Shown here piece by piece: positions 1 to 8,817 of a stretch of DNA of 64,000 nt. How positions within the stretch are numbered: position 1 is the first letter of the stretch; every line of letters begins with the position of its first letter. Made by a program: the position numbers and the translations under genes. Below the pieces are notes generated by a model. The model was not told the DNA's origin. It made no database searches and saw nothing but the letters and a program-made list of their open reading frames with translations. Source of the DNA: Alphaproteobacteria bacterium (lineage in GTDB: Bacteria > Pseudomonadota > Alphaproteobacteria > CACIAM-22H2); contig WGNX01000005.1 in the NCBI GenBank assembly GCA_016124335.1, positions 411,524-475,523 on the forward strand, in the 5' to 3' direction.

Positions 1-388
1 CGATCGATATCACGGGCGTGATCCCGCTTCCTGCCGCGACGAGGACGTGTGTACGGGCGGCACGAGGGTCCGGTGCGATGCCGAACCGGCCCTCGGGCGT
101 CCCCACCGCGACACGATCGCCCACGGCAAGTTTCGAGTTGGCGAAATTCGAAAAAGCGCCGTCAGGGACGCGCTTGATCGCAACCCGCAATTCTTTCTCG
201 GCCGGGGCGGCGCAAATCGAATAGGAGCGCCGCTCTTCCTTCCCGCCGATTTCCAGCTTCAATGTCAGGTGCTGGCCGGGCGTGAAGCGGTAGGCGTCCG
301 CCAGGTCCGGCGGAACATGAAGGGCGATCGAGACGCAATCGGCGGTTTCGCGCCGGACATCTGCGATTTTTAGGTCGTGAAAGGCCAT
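1..388 (-). CDS. paaE: Phenylacetyl-CoA 1,2-epoxidase reductase subunit PaaE, N-terminal part only; the gene continues beyond the window start.
   Basis: This gene is not in the ORF track because it has no stop codon inside the window. Manual reverse translation from the ATG at 388..386 gives MAFHDLKIADVRRETADCVSIALHVPPDL..., an FNR-like PaaE N-terminus. It starts 2 nt after the paaD stop and completes the paaABCDE order. Confidence 0.85.
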   Translation of the reverse strand, partial: MAFHDLKIADVRRETADCVSIALHVPPDLADAYRFTPGQHLTLKLEIGGKEERRSYSICAAPAEKELRVAIKRVPDGAFSNFANSKLAVGDRVAVGTPEGRFGIAPDPRAARTHVLVAAGSGITPVISI

Positions 389-390
389 CG

Positions 391-900
391 TCAGATGCAC
401 TTGAAATATTCGAACGGTTCCGCGCATGCGGCGCAGACATAAAGCGCCTTGCACGCGGTCGACCCGAACGCGCTTGTCTGCCGCGTATCCGTCGATCCGC
501 AGCGCGGGCAAGCGATCGCCGGCTCCGGCGCAAACAGCCCGCGCCGGCCCTTCGGGGCCGAACCCGCCGGTGGTGCAATGCCGTATTCCTTCAATCGCCG
601 CCTTGCATCCGGCGATATCCAGTCGGTCGTCCACGCGGGCGAGGTAACGAGCCGGATCGTCGGGCGGCCGAGGCCGGCGGCTTCAATCGCATTTTCGACA
701 TCAAGCCGGATGGCAGCCGTCGCCGGGCAGCCCGTGTAAGTGGGGGTGAGGTCGATCGCGAGGCCCGATGCCTCGCAGCGGATTTCGCGCACGATGCCCA
801 GATCCACGACCGAGAGTGCAGGCACTTCCGGGTCCATGACCTGGCCAAGAACGGCCCAAGCCTGCGCGATTCGCATATCCTGCTTTTCGGCCGTTACCAT
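391..900 (-). CDS. paaD: Phenylacetyl-CoA epoxidase subunit PaaD (PaaJ).
   Basis: The 169-aa ORF has a DUF59-like N-terminal domain (VMDPEVPALSVVDLGIV) and a C-terminal Cys cluster (CPRCGS...CKALYVCAACAEPFEYFK). It overlaps paaC by 7 nt. Confidence 0.9.
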   Translation of the reverse strand: MVTAEKQDMRIAQAWAVLGQVMDPEVPALSVVDLGIVREIRCEASGLAIDLTPTYTGCPATAAIRLDVENAIEAAGLGRPTIRLVTSPAWTTDWISPDARRRLKEYGIAPPAGSAPKGRRGLFAPEPAIACPRCGSTDTRQTSAFGSTACKALYVCAACAEPFEYFKCI

Positions 901-1649
901 TTTGCCCCCGGATGGCTTCGCGGCAGGACCTGCATGACCGCCAGCATGTGGCCAAGCGCCTCGCTATGCCGGCCTGTCAGTCCGCCAGTCTGCATCCAGC
1001 CCGATGGCGGCTTGGCAAGCGTCGCTTCGGCGAGCACGTCGTCGACGGTGCGCGTCCATGCGGACTGGAGTGCTGCCGGATCGGGTGCGATCCGTGCGGC
1101 GACCAGTGCCGCGACGGTTTCGTCTGCCTCGAACATCTCGCCGGTGTAGGGCCAGAGCAAATCGAGCGCATCCTGCGCGCGCGAATGGCTTTCCGGCGTG
1201 CCGTCGCCCAGCCGGACAACCCACTCGCCCGAATGGCGCAGATGGTATTCGGCTTCCTTGACGGCCTTGCCGGCAATCCCCGCCAAAGCCTTGTCCGAGG
1301 ATGCGGCTAGCGCGCCGTAAAGTTCGACTTGCCAGGCATCGAACAGGAATTGACGCATGATCGTGTGCGCGAAATCGCCGTTGGGCCGCTCGCAGATCAG
1401 CAGGTTGCGGAAGTCCCCCGCATCGCGCAGGAACGCAAGCGCATCGGCATCGCGACCCTTTCCTTCGAAGCGCGCCGCCTCGGCAAGCAGCATGTCGGCC
1501 TGACCTGTCAGGTCGAGCGCGACATTGGCAAGCGCGATGTCCTCTTCCAGTTCGGGCGCATGGCCGCACCATTCCGACAGGCGATGGCCCAGCACCAGGC
1601 ACGAATCGCCCAGCCGAAGCAGGAACTCGAAATGGGCCGTGTCGGGCAT
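894..1649 (-). CDS. paaC: Phenylacetyl-CoA epoxidase subunit PaaC (PaaI).
   Basis: The 251-aa ORF reads as a ferritin-like PaaC sequence (LLRLGDSCLVLGHRLSEWCGHAPELEEDIALANVALD). It sits between paaB and paaD. Confidence 0.9.
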   Translation of the reverse strand: MPDTAHFEFLLRLGDSCLVLGHRLSEWCGHAPELEEDIALANVALDLTGQADMLLAEAARFEGKGRDADALAFLRDAGDFRNLLICERPNGDFAHTIMRQFLFDAWQVELYGALAASSDKALAGIAGKAVKEAEYHLRHSGEWVVRLGDGTPESHSRAQDALDLLWPYTGEMFEADETVAALVAARIAPDPAALQSAWTRTVDDVLAEATLAKPPSGWMQTGGLTGRHSEALGHMLAVMQVLPRSHPGAKW

Positions 1650-1651
1650 GT

Positions 1652-1945
1652 TCAGATGTTCTTCACGTCCGACGGAATTTCGTAAAAGGTCGGGTGCCGA
1701 TAGACCTTCGAAACCATCGGCTCGAACAGTTCATCCTTCCGGGCCGGATCGGATGCGACGATGTCGGCAGAGCGCGCGACCCAGACGCTGACGCCTTCGG
1801 CGCGCCGGCAATACACGTCGCGCGCCAGTTCGGCAGCCATCGTCCCGTCGACGGCATGCAGCGAGCCGACATGGCGGTGTGCAAGCCCGTTGCGCGAGCG
1901 GACGAAAACTTCCCAGAGCGGCCATTCCATGCGGTTGTCGGTCAT
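1652..1945 (-). CDS. paaB: Phenylacetyl-CoA epoxidase subunit PaaB.
   Basis: I trimmed the 160-aa track ORF to the internal ATG at 1945. The resulting 97 aa begin MTDNRMEWPLWEVFVRSRNGLAHRHVGSLHA, the conserved PaaB core. The upstream part of the track ORF is Arg/Pro/Gly-rich and overlaps paaA. Confidence 0.9.
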   Translation of the reverse strand: MTDNRMEWPLWEVFVRSRNGLAHRHVGSLHAVDGTMAAELARDVYCRRAEGVSVWVARSADIVASDPARKDELFEPMVSKVYRHPTFYEIPSDVKNI

Positions 1946-1950
1946 TTCCT

Positions 1951-2952
1951 CTACTCCGCCGCTTTCGCGCGCTGCCGGTTCGCGCGCTTCGCCGCATGGG
2001 CCGCGGCAGCCTCGCGGACCCACGCGCCGTCGGCGTGCGCCTTGCGGCGTGCCGCCATGCGTTCGCGGTTGCAGGGCCCGTCGCCGGCAAGGATGCGGTT
2101 GAACTCCGTCCAGTCGATCGGGCCGTGCAGCCAATGGCCGGATGCCTCGTCAAGGCGCAGTTCCGGGTCGGGAAATGTCAGGCCCAGAAAATGGCCTTGG
2201 GGCACGGTGACATCGATGAATTTCTGGCGCAGGTCGTCGTTCGACACGCGCTTGATCTTCCAGGCCATGTTCTGGGAGGAGTGGATCGACTCCTTGTCCG
2301 AAGGACCGAACATCATCAGCGAGGGCCACCACCAGCGGTTCAGCGCGTCCTGCGCCATGCGCTTCTGCCCGGACGTGCCTTGCGCAAGTTTCAGCATAAG
2401 TTCGTAGCCCTGGCGCTGATGGAAGCTTTCTTCTCGGCAGATGCGGATCATCGCCCGCGCGTAGGGGCCGTACGAGCAACGGCACAACGGCACCTGATTC
2501 ATGATCGCCGCACCATCGACAAGCCAGCCGATCGCGCCGATATCCGCCCAGGTCAGCGTCGGGTAGTTGAAGATCGACGAATACTTGGCCTTGCCCGCAA
2601 GCAGCTGTTCGACCATTTCGGCGCGCGGGACACCGAGCGTTTCGGCCGCCGAATAGAGATAGAGCCCGTGCCCGCCCTCATCCTGCACCTTGGCTAGAAG
2701 GATCATCTTGCGGCGCAGGCTGGGTGCGCGCGTGATCCAGTTGCCTTCGGGCAGCATGCCGACGATTTCCGAGTGCGCATGCTGTGAAATCTGCCGCACG
2801 AGGGTGCGCCGGTAGCCCTGCGGCATCCAGTCGTTCGGCTCGATCTTCTCCTCGGCATCGATGCGCGCCTGAAAGGCGACCAGTGCGGCGGCATCGTCAG
2901 CGGCCTTGGCGGCGCCCTCGGGCGCCCGCTGGTCGAGACCTTGCGTATACAT
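1951..2952 (-). CDS. paaA: Phenylacetyl-CoA epoxidase catalytic subunit PaaA.
   Basis: I trimmed the 490-aa track ORF to MYTQGLDQ... (ATG at 2952). It carries di-iron type motifs ([23 protein letters not shown]). A GGGAGG Shine-Dalgarno sequence lies upstream. Confidence 0.9.
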   Translation of the reverse strand: MYTQGLDQRAPEGAAKAADDAAALVAFQARIDAEEKIEPNDWMPQGYRRTLVRQISQHAHSEIVGMLPEGNWITRAPSLRRKMILLAKVQDEGGHGLYLYSAAETLGVPRAEMVEQLLAGKAKYSSIFNYPTLTWADIGAIGWLVDGAAIMNQVPLCRCSYGPYARAMIRICREESFHQRQGYELMLKLAQGTSGQKRMAQDALNRWWWPSLMMFGPSDKESIHSSQNMAWKIKRVSNDDLRQKFIDVTVPQGHFLGLTFPDPELRLDEASGHWLHGPIDWTEFNRILAGDGPCNRERMAARRKAHADGAWVREAAAAHAAKRANRQRAKAAE

Positions 2953-2983
2953 GACGGTGCCCCTCCCGCAGGATGCAGGCTTC

Positions 2984-3029
2984 AATATGTCACAAAAAAC
3001 GACAATTTCGAAGTTGGTATTGTGATATT
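2984..3029 (-). promoter_or_regulatory. Candidate paaA promoter with an operator: two inverted-repeat arms flanking a central near-palindrome.
   Basis: On the plus strand, AATATGTCACAA (2984..2995) and TTGTGATATT (3020..3029) form inverted arms. The cores TCACAA and TTGTGA are perfect and are separated by 24 nt. CAATTTCGAAGTTG (3003..3016) is an inner near-palindrome. On the transcribed strand, TTCGAA-N17-CATATT could serve as the -35 and -10 elements, and it overlaps one arm. Confidence 0.4.
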
Positions 3030-3904
3030 CAGCCGCCAAACCGGCGGCGTGCGTAGACCGCCGCCGATGGCAGCTTTCCCTTTGCATTGAAGAGGTTTGC
3101 ATCGATCCATCGTTCCGATGCCGGACGCAGATGCGCATAGATGCGCCCGGCAAATCGGCGGGCTTTGACGCCGATCCAATCGCCGGGCAGCAGTTCGGGC
3201 GGCAAATCGGGGTCGCGCAATGCAAGGCGCCGGAACGCATGGACGAGCCGGATCCGGCCGGCCAATGCCTCATATGGATCGATTGCACCTCGCTTCGCCC
3301 GTGCGAGCGGCGCAAATGCGTCGAGAAAATCCTGATACCCGCGCCCGAGTGCGTCGAGATCCCAGCCCTGACGGACAAGTGCACGCGCCGCTTCCACGGG
3401 GCCGGCGACGCCGTCGACGACAAGGGGATGCCGTCCGGCCGGGATGTCGGCGAGCAGCGAGCCGAGTGCTGCCGGGTCCGGGCGCGGGTGGATCATCGTC
3501 TGCGGCCCGATCGCACCGAAGCCGAGCCAAGAGAGCGGCTTTCGGATCGATTCGCGAACATTCGGGGTGAGATCGGGAAGGATCGCCACGCACCAGCGCC
3601 CGTTCCACGCCCCCGGCGCGGCCGCGTAGATGCGCGCTTCGGCCTCGGCGGAGCGGTGCCGGGCGGCATCCGACAGCGCGTAGAATGCGCTGCGGCCGAC
3701 GCGCTGCGAGGCGAGCCATTTTTCCGCGACCAGTCGCGACAGTGCCGTGCGGAGCTGGCTGTCGTTGACACCGAATGCCTCGAGGACGCGCGCAAGGCCC
3801 GCATAGGCGATCTCGCCGCCGCGCGGCGCGACGACATCGCCGAACACGGTCACGACAAGGGATCCGGCGCGGACCGGCGCTCTGGATTTATTCGCGCGCG
3901 ACAT
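3029..3904 (-). CDS. paaX: Phenylacetic acid catabolism repressor PaaX.
   Basis: The sequence matches the PaaX family over its full length ([44 protein letters not shown]...). I placed the start at MSRANK (3904); the track ORF starts 4 codons earlier. Confidence 0.85.
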   Translation of the reverse strand: MSRANKSRAPVRAGSLVVTVFGDVVAPRGGEIAYAGLARVLEAFGVNDSQLRTALSRLVAEKWLASQRVGRSAFYALSDAARHRSAEAEARIYAAAPGAWNGRWCVAILPDLTPNVRESIRKPLSWLGFGAIGPQTMIHPRPDPAALGSLLADIPAGRHPLVVDGVAGPVEAARALVRQGWDLDALGRGYQDFLDAFAPLARAKRGAIDPYEALAGRIRLVHAFRRLALRDPDLPPELLPGDWIGVKARRFAGRIYAHLRPASERWIDANLFNAKGKLPSAAVYARRRFGG

Positions 3905-3992
3905 GCGCCAGCACAATAGTCGACCGCACCGCTTGGCGCGAGGCCCGCGCGCATGCGAAATTTGAACGAACGAACTTTACCGGAGGAAACGA

Positions 3993-4646
3993 ATGGCCGC
4001 CGATCCGCTCACCGACCGCCTTGCCCGCTGCTACAGCTCGGCCGTGCACGACGTGCTTCGGGCGATGGGGCACGAGCGTTGCGTGCTGCCCGCCCCCATC
4101 AAGTCGCTCGCCCCGCGCGGCAAGGTCGTCGGGCCCGTGTGGACCGTCAGCGGGCGGATCGACCGGACGAAGTCGAGCCACGAGACCCTGCTGGAATGGA
4201 CGGGGCTGCTGTCAAAGGCGCCGTCCGGAACGGTGGTCGTCTGCCAGCCCAACACGCACGAGATCGCATTGATGGGTGAACTTTCGGCGGCTGCCCTTAA
4301 ACTGAAGGGTGTGCGCGGTTATATCGTCGACGGCGGCACGCGCGATGTCGACATGGTTCTGGAGCTCGGTTTTCCGGTCTTCTGCAGCTTCGCCACGCCA
4401 GCCGACATCGGCGCGCGCTGGGTCCCCGATTCCTTCGGCGCCCCGGTGACGATCGGTGCGGTCACGATCTCGACCGGCGACTATGCACTGGGCGACGCCG
4501 ACGGCGTGGTGATCATCCCGAAGGCGATGGTCGAAGATGCCGTCGGGCGCACCGAGCAGGTCGTCGGGACCGAAAATGCGGTCCGGAAAGCCATCCTCGG
4601 CGGCATGGATCCGCAGCAGGCCTATCTGAAATTCGGGAAGTTCTAG
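3993..4646 (+). CDS. RraA-family protein, similar to 4-hydroxy-4-methyl-2-oxoglutarate aldolase / oxaloacetate decarboxylase.
   Basis: The 217-aa ORF has an RraA/HMG-aldolase type motif (GYIVDGGTRDVDMV) and a GGAGGA Shine-Dalgarno sequence upstream. It overlaps the 3' end of the convergent PhyH gene by 4 nt. Confidence 0.8.
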   Translation: MAADPLTDRLARCYSSAVHDVLRAMGHERCVLPAPIKSLAPRGKVVGPVWTVSGRIDRTKSSHETLLEWTGLLSKAPSGTVVVCQPNTHEIALMGELSAAALKLKGVRGYIVDGGTRDVDMVLELGFPVFCSFATPADIGARWVPDSFGAPVTIGAVTISTGDYALGDADGVVIIPKAMVEDAVGRTEQVVGTENAVRKAILGGMDPQQAYLKFGKF

Positions 4647-5455
4647 CGCGCTTCCGCGCGTGCGTGGCCGATCGCAAAGTCGTTTCGGCCGGTGCGATCC
4701 TCGCCCGACAGCAGCCAGAGCGGCCGGGTCGCGAAATCGACGCGGTATCCGCTGGCAGATCCGGTCTTGATCAGTGTCCGGTCGAACAGCGACGTCCCGG
4801 GCATATAGCGGATCGCAACGCCCGCGCGCCGCTTGGGCGAGCGGTTGGCGTTCGAGCCGTGGATCAGATAGACGTCGTGCATCGACATCTGGCCGGGCTC
4901 CAGCTCGATGTCGGCGGCTTTGCCTTCATCGAACGAACCGGGCAGGGCGCGTTGGTTCAGCACCAGGTCGGTCCGGTCCTCGCGCATGTGGTCGAGCAGC
5001 TCGCGCGCGCGGTGCGAACCGGGGATGACGCGCAGGCAGCCGTTCTCGATCTTCGATTCGTCGAGTGCGATCCAGACCGTGCAGGTCGCCAGCGGGCGGA
5101 TGGGCCAGTAGTGGCCATCCTGGTGCCAGGGCACTTCCATGCCATCGCCGCCGGGTTTGCAGAAGATCTGGCACCCCCACAAGATCACGTCAGGTCCTAT
5201 GATCTGCGCGACGGCCGCGACGATTTCAGGATCACGCGCGAGGTCGAGAAAGTCGGCGCTGCCCCGAACGCCCTCGTTGTTGTTGCCCTCCAGATGCGCG
5301 CTGACCAGCCTCTCGGGGCGGATCGTCGGGTTGTCGGCGATGATCCGGTCGAGCGTGGTGCGAAGGGCCGCAACGCGCGCCGGTGCCAGCCGCAGTGCCG
5401 GCACGACATAGCCGTCGTGCCGGTATTTCTCGATTTCGGATGCAGAAAGTTTCAC
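4643..5455 (-). CDS. Phytanoyl-CoA dioxygenase (PhyH) family Fe(II)/2-oxoglutarate oxygenase.
   Basis: The HxD region VPWHQDGHYWP and a distal His (YLIHGSNANRS) fit the family. I trimmed the gene to the GTG at 5455, which forms a GTGA overlap with the stop of the upstream permease. The N-terminal 37 codons of the track ORF lie inside that permease gene. Confidence 0.8.
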   Translation of the reverse strand: MKLSASEIEKYRHDGYVVPALRLAPARVAALRTTLDRIIADNPTIRPERLVSAHLEGNNNEGVRGSADFLDLARDPEIVAAVAQIIGPDVILWGCQIFCKPGGDGMEVPWHQDGHYWPIRPLATCTVWIALDESKIENGCLRVIPGSHRARELLDHMREDRTDLVLNQRALPGSFDEGKAADIELEPGQMSMHDVYLIHGSNANRSPKRRAGVAIRYMPGTSLFDRTLIKTGSASGYRVDFATRPLWLLSGEDRTGRNDFAIGHARAEAR

Positions 5456-6288
5456 GACTTGACGGACCCCGAGGTGAGGTCGGCCGCCATATAGCGGCGG
5501 AAGGCATAGTAGATCGCGGCCGGCGGCAACGCGTAGATGAAGCCCGCGGTCATCAGCAGTTCCCACGGCGAATCGTCAGCCGACAGGAACGCGCCCAGCG
5601 CCACCGCAAGCGTGGTGTCGACATCGCGCGACAGCAGCAGGAACGCGTAGAGATATTCGTTCCACGCGAGCAGCAGCGCGTAGGTGCCGACCGCCATCAT
5701 CGAAGGCGTCATCAAGGGCACGAAAATGTGCCGGAAAAGCTGGGGTGCCGTGGCGCCGTCGATGATCGCGGCCTCGTCGAGTTCAAGCGGCAATTTGTCG
5801 GCCGCCTGCTTCAGCACCCAGATCGCATAGGGTGTGGCCACGGTGACCATCGCGAGGATCAGCGACCATTGGCTGTTGAGCAGGCCGTAGGTGCCCATCG
5901 CCTTGTACATCGGCAGCGCAAGGAAGGCGGCCGGCACGAAATAGGTGAGCAGCGCCATGTTCATGATGATGCGCCCGCCCCTGACCCGCAGGCGGCTGAT
6001 GGCGAAGGCCGCGGCGGTCGCGACGAACAGCGTCAGGACGCCGACCGCCACGGCGATGAGGATCGAATTCCACATCTGGTGCCAGAAATTGATCAGGTAG
6101 TGGTGCTTCTGGCCGAAGACGAGTTCGAAATTACGCAGCGTCGGATGGTCCGGCCAGAGCTTGCCCTGGAACCCGGCCTCCTTCGGCGAAATCGCGAAAA
6201 GCAACAGATGGTAGATCGGGATCAGCGTCCAGAACAGGACGGGGATTCCGACGAGGAGCAGGCGGGCTTCGGTGAGGTACTTGCGCAC
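5452..6288 (-). CDS. Carbohydrate ABC transporter permease (MalG/UgpE-like).
   Basis: The 278-aa ORF is polytopic and has an EAA loop (LDEAAIIDGATAPQLFRHIFVPLM). Confidence 0.9.
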   Translation of the reverse strand: MRKYLTEARLLLVGIPVLFWTLIPIYHLLLFAISPKEAGFQGKLWPDHPTLRNFELVFGQKHHYLINFWHQMWNSILIAVAVGVLTLFVATAAAFAISRLRVRGGRIIMNMALLTYFVPAAFLALPMYKAMGTYGLLNSQWSLILAMVTVATPYAIWVLKQAADKLPLELDEAAIIDGATAPQLFRHIFVPLMTPSMMAVGTYALLLAWNEYLYAFLLLSRDVDTTLAVALGAFLSADDSPWELLMTAGFIYALPPAAIYYAFRRYMAADLTSGSVKS

Positions 6289-6297
6289 GCGCCGGCC

Positions 6298-7182
6298 CTA
6301 CCGCGAAAGACGACGCATCATGAAGATCATCAGCGGCAACATCAGCGGCAGCGCCACGATGATCGAGGCCATGGCAAGGTCGACCCGGTCAAGCCGGATA
6401 TACCGGATGCCGAGCGTCGCCAGCACGTGCGTCAGGTCCGCCGGCCCGCCACCGGTCAGCAGGTAGACGCTGTTGAAGTCGCCCAGCGTGAAGAACATCG
6501 AGAGGATCGTGCAGGTGAGATAGAGCTGGCGCATCGACGGCCACGTGATGTGCCAGAAGCGCTGCGGCGCGGTCGCGCCGTCGATCGCGGCCGCCTCGTA
6601 CATTTCCTTCGAGATCGCAAGGCGCCCGGACAGCAGGATCAGCGTCCAGAAGGGCAGCGATTTCCAGATATGGACGGTGATGGCGAGTGTCAGGCCCAGC
6701 GAAGGGTCGTTCAGCCAGTTCGGCCCGTCCTCGAAGGTCAGGTTGTAGATGACCTGATTGATCACGCCCCATTCGGGATTGAGCATGAATCGCAGCGAAA
6801 GGATCGTGGGGATCGACGGCACGGCCCAGGGAATGATGAACAGCAGCCCGAGCGAGCGGATCCACCAGCGCGGAATAGCGAAAAAGCCCGACAGAAGCAG
6901 CGCAATCACCATCTTGATGTTGATGCCGACGATCAGGAAGATCGCCGTGTTCACGACCGCACCGATGAAAATCGGATCTTCGAAAAGCTCGACATAGCTT
7001 TCCGGGTTGTGGCCCAGCCAGAAACCGTAGGCGACCGGGTAGAGCACGAAGACGAAAAAGACGAGCAGGTATGGCGTCAGCAGGATGGCGCCCCACGTCT
7101 GCCAAGATGCAAGCCGCGAGGCCGCGGAAGCGGCGACGGGAATGCCGGCCTCATCGGCGGAGGCTGTGAGCGTCGATGCCAT
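6298..7182 (-). CDS. Carbohydrate ABC transporter permease (MalF/UgpA-like).
   Basis: The 294-aa ORF is polytopic and has an EAA loop ([23 protein letters not shown]). Confidence 0.9.
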   Translation of the reverse strand: MASTLTASADEAGIPVAASAASRLASWQTWGAILLTPYLLVFFVFVLYPVAYGFWLGHNPESYVELFEDPIFIGAVVNTAIFLIVGINIKMVIALLLSGFFAIPRWWIRSLGLLFIIPWAVPSIPTILSLRFMLNPEWGVINQVIYNLTFEDGPNWLNDPSLGLTLAITVHIWKSLPFWTLILLSGRLAISKEMYEAAAIDGATAPQRFWHITWPSMRQLYLTCTILSMFFTLGDFNSVYLLTGGGPADLTHVLATLGIRYIRLDRVDLAMASIIVALPLMLPLMIFMMRRLSR

Positions 7183-7210
7183 GTTCCAAATCCGGGGCGG
7201 GGCCGATGCC

Positions 7211-7245
7211 GGGCCGGCGCGGGGAACGGGTCCCCGTGCCGGCCC
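7211..7245 (-). other. Intercistronic stem-loop between the binding-protein gene and the first permease gene.
   Basis: GGGCCGGCGCGGGGA (7211..7225) pairs with TCCCCGTGCCGGCCC (7231..7245) for 15 bp, including one G-U pair, around a 5-nt loop. No U-tract follows on the transcribed strand. Confidence 0.6.
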
Positions 7246-7254
7246 GGGCTTTCG

Positions 7255-8622
7255 TCAGCCTGCGACCTGCTTGATGCGGGCGATCATCTCGTCGATCGCC
7301 TTTTCCGGGCTAACCTTCTCGTTGACGACCCTGTTCATCGCCTTGGCCCAGACGTTCTCGTTGTTGAGGATCGTGAACTTCCAGTTCTTGGTGAACTCGA
7401 AGGTCACGGTGCCGTTGAAGAACTGCTTCTGGACGGCCTGGCGATGACGGTCGGCCTGCCAGAAAGCACTCTTCTGGGCATTCTTCGTGACCGGGAACCA
7501 GCGACCCAGCGAGCCCTCGACGTACGGCGTCAGGTTCTCTTCCTGGAGCAGGAACGCGACGAATTCCTTCGCGCGGGCCTTGTTCTTGGCCTCCTGGAAG
7601 ACGACGCCGGTCTTGACGGCGGCGCGATAGACCATCGGCTTGCCGTCCGGACGGTTCGGGAAGCCGGCCGTTGCGATCTGCTCGTAATACGCCTTCTTGC
7701 CTGCTTCGCGCTCTTCCGGCTTGAGGGCAGCGTTGTTGGCGTCATCGAGCCACTTGGCGGCGATCGAGATCGTCGCATTGTGGGTCATGACGGTCGTGCG
7801 GTTGTGGAAGGCAACGTTGTTGTCGGGATCCTTCCAGCTCGTCGAGGACGGCGGCGTGCAGCCCTTGATGTACGGTGCCGTATAGTCCTTGAGCGCGTTG
7901 ACGAGCCCGGCCTTGACCGCCGGCTGGTCGACGAGGAGCTTGCCGTCGTCGGCGACCAACTTGACGCCGTAGGCGTCCATGAAGGTCAGGAACGAATAGA
8001 ACGAGTCGGACGAGTCGACGCCCATCGGCATGCCGATGCCGAAGCCGCGCGTGCCGGTGGAGCGGCGGAAGGCCGGCTGGACCTTGTCGCACCAGAACGA
8101 CCAGTATTCCTTCCAGGTCTTCGGAATGTCGCTTTCCTTGAACCCGGACTTGTTGAGCAGGTCGATCCAGTACTGGATGTGCATCGTCTGCTGCTTGAGC
8201 GGGAAGGCGTAGTAGGCGCGCTTCTTCGCCACGTCGTTCCACAGCAGGGTCGTTTCGACCGTGTTGGGCGCGAAAGTCGGCAGCAAGGGCTTGATGACGT
8301 CCGAGATGTCCTCGAGGCGGCCTTCGAAGGCCCACTTCCCGGTCACCTGGAAGTCGTAGACGTCGGCATAGGCGACGTCGGGGACGGTCTTTGCGTCGAG
8401 CGCGGCAACCGTCTTCGGGATCATGTCCTGAATGGCGTACTGCGAGAGTTCGACCTTGACGCCGGTCTTTGCCTCGAACTTCTTGATCGCCTCAAAGAGG
8501 GCGTCGTCCTCGGCCTTGTAGAACCCCTTCACCCACCAGACTTCGAGCTTTTCCTGCGCATGGGCGGTTGTACCCAGCGCGGCAAAAGCCGCAACCATCG
8601 CCGTAGCGATAAAACGCTTCAT
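7255..8622 (-). CDS. Carbohydrate ABC transporter substrate-binding protein (family 1).
   Basis: I trimmed the 889-aa track ORF to MKRFIATAMVAAFAALGTTAHAQEK..., which has a Sec signal peptide. A GGGGAGGA Shine-Dalgarno sequence lies upstream of the ATG at 8622. The rest of the track ORF is antisense to corA and Arg-rich. Confidence 0.9.
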   Translation of the reverse strand: MKRFIATAMVAAFAALGTTAHAQEKLEVWWVKGFYKAEDDALFEAIKKFEAKTGVKVELSQYAIQDMIPKTVAALDAKTVPDVAYADVYDFQVTGKWAFEGRLEDISDVIKPLLPTFAPNTVETTLLWNDVAKKRAYYAFPLKQQTMHIQYWIDLLNKSGFKESDIPKTWKEYWSFWCDKVQPAFRRSTGTRGFGIGMPMGVDSSDSFYSFLTFMDAYGVKLVADDGKLLVDQPAVKAGLVNALKDYTAPYIKGCTPPSSTSWKDPDNNVAFHNRTTVMTHNATISIAAKWLDDANNAALKPEEREAGKKAYYEQIATAGFPNRPDGKPMVYRAAVKTGVVFQEAKNKARAKEFVAFLLQEENLTPYVEGSLGRWFPVTKNAQKSAFWQADRHRQAVQKQFFNGTVTFEFTKNWKFTILNNENVWAKAMNRVVNEKVSPEKAIDEMIARIKQVAG

Positions 8623-8817
8623 CGCATTTTCCTCCCCATTTGTTCGCGCGGCCGCCGCCCTATGCCGGGCGGATTGCGGCCGTGTCGCGGCGGTTATAGC
8701 CTGCCCTACAACTGGTGTCGACCGTCGATGCGGCCTCCGCCGGTGGTCTCGAAACGTTACCAATCGGAGGGTCGACGGCTGCCTAACGCGCAGGCAGTAT
8801 CGATCCATAGCCCGGGT

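Noticed and set aside
8623-8817. A structured corA leader, possibly a Mg-sensing element.
   Set aside because: Only short stems are present: CCGTCGA/TCGACGG, CCTCCG/CGGAGG and CTGCC/GGCAG. I recognised no resemblance to the M-box. The stems are too weak to report as a feature.
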